Shown here one piece after another: positions 7,902 to 13,639 of a DNA stretch of 13,639 nucleotides. Source of the stretch: Candidatus Methylomirabilia bacterium (GTDB lineage: Bacteria; Methylomirabilota; Methylomirabilia; Rokubacteriales; CSP1-6); assembly GCA_041492755.1 (NCBI GenBank), contig JBGPXN010000117.1:1-13639 (forward strand). The letters run 5' to 3'. Position 1 is the stretch's first letter. Each line of letters starts with the position of its first letter. The notes beneath the pieces were generated by a model. It saw nothing but the letters and a program-made list of their open reading frames with translations, did not search any database and had not been told where the DNA came from. The position numbers and the translations under genes are program-made.

Positions 7902-7930
7902 TTGACGGTCTCCCGGAATCTGGCGATCGT
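7902..7930 (+). promoter_or_regulatory. Putative sigma70 promoter TTGACG-17 bp-GATCGT for a leaderless hydrolase transcript
   Basis: TTGACG 7902-7907, 17-bp spacer, weak -10 ending 6 nt before ATG 7937; no SD (CCCCCC precedes the ATG). Confidence 0.45.
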
Positions 7931-7936
7931 CCCCCC

Positions 7937-8818
7937 ATGACCAAGGTGGCCGGCGTTCCCGTCTCGCTCGTCCGCCTCCGCACCCGCGACGGCGTGTGGC
8001 TCGACGGCGTGATCGCCGAGCCCAGGCGCCGACGCAACGCCGCCCTCATCTGGGTCCACGGCCTCGGATCGGCATTCTCCTCCGGGCAACCGCTCATCCG
8101 GGAGCTGTCCGCTTGCCTCAACGCGGCCGGCATCGCGTACCTCAAGCTCGACAACCGCGGCCATGACGTCGTTGCGCGCGGCGGCAAGCGGCTCGCGGGT
8201 GCCGCCTTCGAGCGCTTCGACGAGAGCGTCGAGGATATCCGGGCGATGATCGCCTTTGCGCGCCGGGCTGGCCACGGCCGGGTGATCCTCGCCGGGCATT
8301 CGACCGGCGCCAACAAGGTCCTCCACTACGCGGCCCGGGTCCGCGACCGTCGGGTGAGCGGGCTGATCCTGCTCGGGCCCATCTCGGACATCGCTGGAGA
8401 GACGAAGCGGATCGGCCACCGTGAGCTCCGGCGCCGCGTGGCCGTGGCGGAGCGGATCGCCAGGCGTGATCCGAACGCGCTGGTGCCCCGGGCCTTCGGC
8501 TTCCAGAGCGCCCGGCGGTACATCAGTCTCTACCGGCCGGGCGAGGCTGAGGACGTCTTCCCCTACTACCGGCCCAACGCCCGCTGGACCGCGCTCCGAG
8601 GGGTCCGCCTGCCGATTGCGGCGATCGTCGGGAGTCGGGACGAATACCTCGACCGGCGGCCGGCGGAGCTCCTGGAGGCGTTCGAGCGGAACGCGACCCG
8701 GGCGCGGTCGTTCACCGGGCTCGTCATCCCCCGAGCGCGCCACGGGTTCCAGAAACACGAGGCCGTCCTCGCGCAAGCGATCGTTCGCTGGGTCCGGAGT
8801 CGGTGTCTCCTGGATTGA
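7937..8818 (+). CDS. Alpha/beta-hydrolase fold protein (DUF1749-like)
   Basis: Oxyanion motif WVHGLG, nucleophile elbow GHSTG, acid in GSRDEY, His in ARHGF. Confidence 0.88.
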   Translation: MTKVAGVPVSLVRLRTRDGVWLDGVIAEPRRRRNAALIWVHGLGSAFSSGQPLIRELSACLNAAGIAYLKLDNRGHDVVARGGKRLAGAAFERFDESVEDIRAMIAFARRAGHGRVILAGHSTGANKVLHYAARVRDRRVSGLILLGPISDIAGETKRIGHRELRRRVAVAERIARRDPNALVPRAFGFQSARRYISLYRPGEAEDVFPYYRPNARWTALRGVRLPIAAIVGSRDEYLDRRPAELLEAFERNATRARSFTGLVIPRARHGFQKHEAVLAQAIVRWVRSRCLLD

Positions 8819-8906
8819 CGGAGCGATGCTCGGCGCCCACCCGATGCCGAGAACGGCGGAGAACGGGCTTTCTGTCGCCTCGCCTGGTCGCCGAGCCGCC
8901 GAATCT

Positions 8907-9356
8907 CTACCCGACGAAGACGACGTCGAGGCCGAGGGTGAGCCCGGCGCGCTGCTGCTGCCGGTCGGCGGTAATGAATGGCATGCGGGCGCTCGTCTCT
9001 ATCTGGAACGTGAGTGCCGTAGCCAAATGGATCGCGTCGAGCGCCCGTAGCGGCGCGCCGCGAGTCAGCTCGTGTTCGGCGCGTCGCAGCACTCGCCCAT
9101 CGATATCGAGGAGTGTCCAGAATGGACGATCGTCTCTGACGCGTGCCTCGATTCCCTCCAGCTGCCGGCGCGAGAGACGGCGCTGGCGACGCAGGCGGCG
9201 CAGCGCGCCCGCGAGTTCCAGCGGCGCCAAAGCCGAGGACACGACCGCATGTTCCTGGATGAGCCGGACGGCCTCCGCAGTGCCCCGTTCGACGACGTAC
9301 GATCTCACGAACACACTGCTGTCGAAGTACGCCCGGGGCGACGCGTCAGCGGGCAT
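8907..9356 (-). CDS. vapC: VapC PIN-domain ribonuclease toxin
   Basis: YFDSSVFV, LELAGAL, LRALDAIHLATAL, FITADRQQ: the conserved acidic PIN residues are present. Confidence 0.9.
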   Translation of the reverse strand: MPADASPRAYFDSSVFVRSYVVERGTAEAVRLIQEHAVVSSALAPLELAGALRRLRRQRRLSRRQLEGIEARVRDDRPFWTLLDIDGRVLRRAEHELTRGAPLRALDAIHLATALTFQIETSARMPFITADRQQQRAGLTLGLDVVFVG

Positions 9357-9627
9357 CCCGTTCGGCGCGGAGCGCGGCCGACAGGCTGCCCTTGATCCGG
9401 ATTGGCTTCCAGCGCCCGCGCCGGACTGGGCCCGGGATCTCCGCGAGGCGCGCGCGCCCCTCGCTGGCCATGCGCTGGAGGGCCGCCTCCACGCCGTCGG
9501 CCGAGCGCAGCGGCTTCATGACCGCGATGGGCGTGCCCCGTTCGGTGAGGATCACCTCACGGCCGGCCTTCACGGCCTTGATGGCCTTCGAGAAATTTTG
9601 GTTCGCTTCGCGCAGCCCCATCCGCAT
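9346..9627 (-). CDS. Phd/YefM family antitoxin
   Basis: MGLREANQNFSKAIKAVKAGREVILTERGTPIAVMKP is a Phd N-terminal domain; overlaps the vapC start by 11 nt. Confidence 0.9.
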   Translation of the reverse strand: MRMGLREANQNFSKAIKAVKAGREVILTERGTPIAVMKPLRSADGVEAALQRMASEGRARLAEIPGPVRRGRWKPIRIKGSLSAALRAERDAR

Positions 9628-9646
9628 GTGCCTTGCCTCGGGCCTG

Positions 9647-9692
9647 ATGTAGTAACGTTGCTACGTTAACGGAATGGAGCGGCCGTGGTCAA
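9647..9692 (-). promoter_or_regulatory. TA promoter (TTGACC-18 bp-TAACGT) with overlapping palindromic operator
   Basis: -35 at 9687-9692, -10 at 9663-9668. The 20-bp imperfect palindrome ATGTAGTAACGTTGCTACGT (9647-9666) overlaps the -10 and start region. Confidence 0.65.
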
Positions 9693-9778
9693 GTTCGGCA
9701 CCGCGGTCCATCCATCGCGCGCAACGGCAGCGTCAGCAGCTATGCTTGGGGGCGCGTGAACTGCCGAGGAGGATCACG

Positions 9779-11467
9779 ATGCCCCCCAAGCCCCGAATCG
9801 CCCATCTCGCCGGAGCCAACGCCACCATCCAGAACAGTCCACCCCTGGTCACCGGCAACAAGGCGCGCGAGAAGTATGGCCTGCCGCCGCTGACCAATCC
9901 CGACGGCAGCGCGCTGCGCTTCGACGTTCTCCGCGCGCAGCGCCTCGCCGCGCCGGTGACGGTCTACGTCGAGCAGTTCAGCGCGCATCCGCTCGAGCGC
10001 GACGCCGCCGAGCTCTACGGTCCACCCGACGGCTATCTCGACTCCAAAGGAACCTTCCACAAGGAGCGCCGCAGCGCGGACGACAAACCGGTCTACGAGG
10101 TCACGCTGCACCCGGAGGACGGCGTCTATCCCCTGCCGTACATGGCGCGGCAGGCGGATGGACGGGCGTGGGAGGAGGACTGCGCGCATCCCATGGCGCC
10201 CGAGCAGCAGGCGCGGCAGCCGTTCTACCCCGACGGCTCACGACTCTTCGAGGAGATCGATCGGCTCGGGGTCGGCGAGAAGGGCATCGGTAACCTGATC
10301 TCCGGGCGCGCCGAGATCGACTTCTACCGCGTGGTGCCGTCGTCCGGCTACACGAAAGGCCTCGCCGCCAAGCTGCGGACCGACGTCGGCGAGGGCGACA
10401 TTGGCGCCGAGGTGCGCGGACGCGACTTCTTTCCGTATCGGCCGTATCACCTCGGGCCCGCGCCGCCGCGGCCGGCGCTGGCCCGGATCGCCAACGCCGT
10501 GCAGCGCGTGCTCGCCAGGGGGAAGTACGCGGGCGCCATCTGGACGCAAGGCAGTCCGCGCATCGAGGAGGCCGTGTACTGGCTCAATCTCCTCGTCGAC
10601 ACCACGCTGCCGATCTGTGGCAACGCCTCGCAGCGCCCGCACGGGCAGCTCAGCAACGACGGCGACAAGAACATCGTCGATTCCGTCGACTACATCGTCT
10701 CCCGCGTGTGGGCGGACGAGGCCGGCCGCAACCGCGCGGGCGTCGTGCTCGTGCAGGACCAGCAGGTGTTCGCGGCGCGCGACGTCCAGAAGGCCGATGC
10801 GCGGCCGGGCGGCTACGTCGCCACCGGCGGCCACGGCGGCATCCTGGGCGCGGCGGGCTGGGACGGGCCGGCCGTCCTCAACTACGTGCCCGCAACGCGC
10901 CACACCTATCTCTCGGCGGTGAACCTCACGCGGTTGCCCGCGGAGGTCACGGGGCATCTGATGAGCGGCGACACGCGCGTGCCCATCAAGGATGGACGGG
11001 GCGATCTGCTCGACTCGGCGATCCCCAAGGTCACCATCGTGAAGGACGGTAACTACACGACTGACGACTACGACGACGATCCCTCGCGCGAGGTCGACCT
11101 GCTCGCCCAGATCGAGCGCAACCTCGCCGCCCATCCCCTGGCCGGGTTCGTGGTGGAAGGTCTCTCGCCCTACGGTCGCCTGACCTCGGCCGTCCGCACG
11201 CGCGTCATGCGGCGCGCCGCGCTCGAAGGCCTGCCGGTGGTGCTCGTGGGCCGCGGCAACGCCGGGGGCTTCGTTCCCCCGCCACCCGCCCCGTTCATCG
11301 GTGGACGAAATCTCACATCGACCAAGGCGCGGCTGCTCCTGATGGCGTGCCTGATGAAGCTCGGGAGCGTGCCGGCGGCCGCCGATCCGGACCGGCCGAC
11401 GGCGGGCGAGGTCGAGGCGGTGCAGAAGAAGATCCGCGAGTACCAGGAGGTGTTCGATACGCACTGA
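9779..11467 (+). CDS. Asparaginase/glutaminase-fold protein, divergent, with a large insertion
   Basis: RBS GAGGAGG before ATG 9779. IAHLAGANATI ~ ILATGGTI; WTQGSPRIEEAVYWLNLL ~ ITHGTDTMEETAYFLDL; SQRP..LSNDG..N; ARDVQK; C-terminal NLTSTKARLLLM. Confidence 0.75.
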   Translation: MPPKPRIAHLAGANATIQNSPPLVTGNKAREKYGLPPLTNPDGSALRFDVLRAQRLAAPVTVYVEQFSAHPLERDAAELYGPPDGYLDSKGTFHKERRSADDKPVYEVTLHPEDGVYPLPYMARQADGRAWEEDCAHPMAPEQQARQPFYPDGSRLFEEIDRLGVGEKGIGNLISGRAEIDFYRVVPSSGYTKGLAAKLRTDVGEGDIGAEVRGRDFFPYRPYHLGPAPPRPALARIANAVQRVLARGKYAGAIWTQGSPRIEEAVYWLNLLVDTTLPICGNASQRPHGQLSNDGDKNIVDSVDYIVSRVWADEAGRNRAGVVLVQDQQVFAARDVQKADARPGGYVATGGHGGILGAAGWDGPAVLNYVPATRHTYLSAVNLTRLPAEVTGHLMSGDTRVPIKDGRGDLLDSAIPKVTIVKDGNYTTDDYDDDPSREVDLLAQIERNLAAHPLAGFVVEGLSPYGRLTSAVRTRVMRRAALEGLPVVLVGRGNAGGFVPPPPAPFIGGRNLTSTKARLLLMACLMKLGSVPAAADPDRPTAGEVEAVQKKIREYQEVFDTH

Positions 11468-11494
11468 ATCCCGCCTGACCGAGGGATCAGCTTT
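11464..11494 (+). terminator. Possible weak intrinsic terminator after the asparaginase-like gene
   Basis: CTGAATCCC (11464-11472)/GGGATCAG (11483-11490) stem with one bulge, followed by CTTT. Confidence 0.3.
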
Positions 11495-11543
11495 ACCCTA
11501 AAGGCCACCCCCGGATTTCGGCACTTATAGGGTGAGGACGGCC

Positions 11544-13136
11544 ATGGACCTGGAAGCGGCGGTACGGCAGGCAGCGGGCGGCGACCTGGACGCCTTCGGC
11601 GACGTCACCCGGCGCTTCCAGCACATGGCGTTCGGCTACGCGCTGTCGTTCGTGCGCGACTTCCAGGAGGCGGAGGACGTCGTCCAGGAAGCCTTCGTCG
11701 CCGCCTGGTACGCGCTGCCGACCCTCGCCGACCCGGCCGCCTTCGCCGGCTGGCTGCGCTCGATCGTCCGCCACCAGGCCCACCGCGTGCTGCGACGCAA
11801 GCAGCTCGTGGTCGCTCCCCTCGCCGCCGCTGACGGCGTGGCCGCCGACGCCGTCCCCGTCGATCGCCGGCTCGAGCGAAGCCAGGAGGCCGGCGCGGTG
11901 TTCGCCGCCATCGCGGATCTGCCGCGCACGCTGCGCGAGGTCGTGGTGCTCTTCTACGTTCACGACTGCTCGCAGCAGGACATCGCCACGTTCCTGGGCC
12001 TGCCGATCACGACGGTGAACAACCGTCTGCACGCCGGGCGAGCCCAGCTCAAGAAAAGGATGGTGACGGTCATGAAAGAGACGCTCCACGCGCATTCGCT
12101 GCCAGACGATTTCGCGGCGCGTATCGGGTGGGTCGTGCGCGCCCGCGAGCACGTGATCGAGGCGCGCTTCGATCCCGCGTCGCTGCCCGACGTGCTCACC
12201 GAGCTGGCGGTGAGCGACGAGCCGCGCCAGCGCGCCGTGACGCTGCAGGTCATCCAGCGTCTCGGGAACGGCGTCGTCCGCTGCGTGGCCACCTCGCCGG
12301 TCGAGACGCTGGCGCCGGGCATGACGGTGCTGAGCGCCGGGCGGGAGATCGAGACCCCGGTGAGTCGCGAGGCGTTCGACCGCATCGTCCAGCTGCTGGC
12401 GCCGCCCTCGCTCGAGGCGGGCGCCCTGCTGCCGACGGGCATCAAGGTGATCGACGTCATGTGCCCGCTGGTCGCGGGAGGGACCCTCGCCATCGCCGGG
12501 GAGTGGAAGGCCGGCACCGCCGTGGTCGCGGAAGAGCTCGTCCGCCGCCTGGCCGGCGGCACCGAACGCGTGTCGATGTTCACCTTCGTGCCGGGCGGCG
12601 GGACGATGACCTATCGCGAGATGACCGAGAAGGAAGGCTACAGCGACGGTACCGTCGGCGCGGTGCAGACGTTCTTCTTTCGCCGCGAGGAAGGCCCGTG
12701 GACGCCGGAGAGCCTCGCGACGCTCACGGGGGTCGACGTCGTGATCCGCCTCTCCCAAGCGCTCGGCCAGCTCGGCATCTATCCCGCCGTGGACCCGCTG
12801 ACCTCGCGCTCGCGCCTGCTCGAGGCCGCCGCCGTCGGCCGGGAGCACGTCGAGATCGCCGAGCGAGCGCGGCAGGCGCTCGCCTTGCTCACCCCCGGCG
12901 CCCCGGAGGCCGACGCCGTGGCAATCGCCCGCGCGCGCAAGCTCCAGCGCTTCTTCGCGCAGCCGTTCTACTGCGCCGAGCCGTACACACGACGTCCGGG
13001 CGTGACGGTGAGCGTCAGCGACGCCCTCCGCGGCTGCCGCGAGATCCTCGACGGCGTCCACGACGATGTGCCCGAGCAGGCGTTCTACTTCACCGGCAGC
13101 ATCGCCCAGGTGCTGAGCCATGCGGCCCGGACGTAA
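11544..13136 (+). CDS. ECF sigma-70 factor fused to a degenerate F1-ATP synthase beta-subunit-like C-terminal domain
   Basis: Sigma2: AFGDVTRRFQ..AEDVVQEAFVAAW..FAGWLRSIVR. Sigma4: LPRTLREVVVLFY..SQQDIATFLGLPITTVNNRLHAGRAQLK. From ~12123, AtpD-like segments: QVIQRLGNGVVRCVA, LLPTGIKVIDVMCP, GIYPAVDPLTSRSR, ARARKLQRFFAQPF, HDDVPEQAFYFTGSI. Single uninterrupted frame. ATG 11544 follows a GAGG RBS; GTG 11532 is an alternative start. Confidence 0.9.
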   Translation: MDLEAAVRQAAGGDLDAFGDVTRRFQHMAFGYALSFVRDFQEAEDVVQEAFVAAWYALPTLADPAAFAGWLRSIVRHQAHRVLRRKQLVVAPLAAADGVAADAVPVDRRLERSQEAGAVFAAIADLPRTLREVVVLFYVHDCSQQDIATFLGLPITTVNNRLHAGRAQLKKRMVTVMKETLHAHSLPDDFAARIGWVVRAREHVIEARFDPASLPDVLTELAVSDEPRQRAVTLQVIQRLGNGVVRCVATSPVETLAPGMTVLSAGREIETPVSREAFDRIVQLLAPPSLEAGALLPTGIKVIDVMCPLVAGGTLAIAGEWKAGTAVVAEELVRRLAGGTERVSMFTFVPGGGTMTYREMTEKEGYSDGTVGAVQTFFFRREEGPWTPESLATLTGVDVVIRLSQALGQLGIYPAVDPLTSRSRLLEAAAVGREHVEIAERARQALALLTPGAPEADAVAIARARKLQRFFAQPFYCAEPYTRRPGVTVSVSDALRGCREILDGVHDDVPEQAFYFTGSIAQVLSHAART

Positions 13137-13280
13137 CGGCGGGCGGCGGGGATAGGGCGCGAACCCGGGCCGAGCCGATACGGAGCGCTCCCGCGTCGGG
13201 GTGATTCGGTAAACTCGGGCGGGCGGACGGTGATCGTGAAGGTCCTCTGACCGGGGACACCGACGACAAGGAGCGCAACA

Positions 13281-13639
13281 ATGCCGATGGCTTCCCAGCT
13301 GGCACCCCAGATCGAACAGTTCATCCATGACAACCCGCAGGGCGTGATGACCTCGTTCAGGCGGAACGGCATGCCACAGCTCAGCATCGTCACCGTGTAC
13401 CCCCGCGATGGCGGCGTTGGGGTCTCGATTACGGAGACCCGGATGAAGTTCAAGAACCTTCTCCGAGATCCTCGCTGCTCGGTGCTGATCTCGCACGCCG
13501 ACTGGTGGTCCGGGTTCCTGGTGTTCGAGGGCAAGGCGGAGCTCACCCACTCCGGCAACACCGATCCCGAAAAACTCCGGATGGCACGCCGACACATCTT
13601 CAGCGCCACCACGAGACGGCGCAGCGCGGACTGGGACGA
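13281..13639 (+). CDS. PPOX-class (pyridoxamine 5'-phosphate oxidase-like, probably F420/FMN-binding) protein, truncated at the right edge
   Basis: Absent from the ORF track. RBS AAGGAG 13268-13273. Translation MPMASQLAPQIEQFIHDNPQGVMTSFRRNGMPQLSIV..ITETRMKFKNLLRDPRCSVLI..FLVFEGKAE carries the split-barrel GxPxxS and KxxNLxxDPR motifs. Confidence 0.85.
   Translation, partial: MPMASQLAPQIEQFIHDNPQGVMTSFRRNGMPQLSIVTVYPRDGGVGVSITETRMKFKNLLRDPRCSVLISHADWWSGFLVFEGKAELTHSGNTDPEKLRMARRHIFSATTRRRSADWD

Noticed and set aside
8829..8896. GCTCGGCG/CGCCGAGC inverted repeat between the hydrolase and vapC
   Set aside because: Short GC-rich arms with a long loop, no U-tract and no attC boxes; could be chance or a weak bidirectional terminator.
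12072..13136. A genuine ATP synthase beta gene (atpD)
   Set aside because: Fused in frame to a sigma factor, lacks the Walker A Lys, catalytic Glu and DELSEED, is too short, and has no atp operon context.
10238..13612. Minus-strand ORFs of 408, 700 and 175 aa and the + strand 12128-13204 ORF
   Set aside because: They overlap better-supported genes and show no family motifs.
1..13639. CRISPR array, tRNA/rRNA, transposase or integrase genes
   Set aside because: No regularly spaced direct repeats, cloverleaf/rRNA signatures or recombinase motifs were seen.

Overview
High-GC bacterial chromosomal window; gene content resembles Ca. Rokubacteria/Methylomirabilota-type soil bacteria (inference only). 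Left to right: start of a probable LLM-class oxidoreductase (-, truncated), pirin (-), NHL/PAL-like beta-propeller (+), CYTH protein (-), broken GNAT gene (-), a 58-bp integron attC site (-) next to an antisense DUF433/DUF5615 toxin-antitoxin pair, a cupin-led Dpp/Opp-type ABC operon without ATPase genes (-), an alpha/beta hydrolase (+), a Phd-VapC TA pair (-), a divergent asparaginase-fold protein (+), an ECF sigma factor fused to a degenerate F1-ATPase beta-subunit (AtpD)-like domain (+), and a truncated PPOX-class gene (+). The sigma/AtpD-like fusion is the standout: it has lost the Walker A lysine, catalytic Glu, Walker B region and DELSEED loop but keeps the adenine-pocket motifs, suggesting a one-component nucleotide-sensing or oligomerisation-controlled sigma factor. 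The second highlight is an integrase-less integron cassette remnant. All family calls come from motif recognition by eye, not database searches.
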